DNA of 63,623 bases, filler included, from Octopus bimaculoides (lineage: Eukaryota), in assembly GCF_001194135.2 (NCBI RefSeq). It is 9 parts of 9 records of this genome, joined end to end, with 100 filler letters (N's around TTAATTAATTAA, not from the genome) between each part and the next. Parts side by side here need not be neighbours in the genome. Positions count along the whole stretch, not along the records: positions 56,623 to 63,623 come from NC_068988.1; 8 more parts are not named here. One strand, 5' to 3'. Positions 63,347-63,623 of the stretch are shown piece by piece (the stretch's first letter is position 1; every line of letters starts with the position of its first letter). The position numbers and the translations under genes are program-made. The notes below the pieces were generated by a model that was not told the origin of the DNA, made no database searches, and worked only from the letters and a program-made list of their open reading frames with translations.

Positions 63347-63589
63347 CTGACATTACTGTCAGCAAAGATTCTGATATTCTATATATCATAGCAGCGAGAT
63401 TTGCCTGGCAGGCAGTGATCGGACACCGCCCTCTGTTGATTTCCAGTAGAATGAAATCACGTGATATGGGAGTTCTGGTGTCCAAAACTGACGATTCTCG
63501 TCTACTACGCTCTATACGTGTGATTTAATGTATTCTAATGTTAAGTTGAATATAGAAATTACCTTCTGGTGTTAATATTGCTTCCATTG

Positions 63590-63623
<34 letters not shown>

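Overview
This is repeat-saturated, AT-rich eukaryotic DNA. The SINE families present point to an octopus or other coleoid cephalopod, which is an inference. The window is not one contiguous locus: eight artificial 100-bp spacers (Ns around TTAATTAATTAA, a palindrome with stops in all six frames) join nine 4.5-13 kb scaffolds, and many internal N gaps remain. I found no supportable host gene; nearly all listed ORFs are microsatellite or N read-through. Identifiable content is at least five tRNA-head or LINE-tail SINE families, three defective Tc1/mariner elements, two Penelope-like (GIY-YIG) remnants, a decayed CR1/L2-type RT fragment, several MITE-like elements and many microsatellites. Four observations stand out. 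(1) A minimal type-I hammerhead ribozyme with an intact core (47189-47231, minus strand) lies downstream of a Penelope-like endonuclease on the same strand, with further decayed hammerhead relics elsewhere. (2) A 7.1 kb CpG-dense ACGA/ACGT-phase satellite is built from shuffled higher-order modules and flips strand polarity at a palindromic TACGTA. (3) A five-unit head-to-tail SINE array has every junction carrying the same ~15-bp target-like motif, and its 3' tails alternate between two types. (4) A tail-to-tail inverted SINE pair could form long dsRNA.
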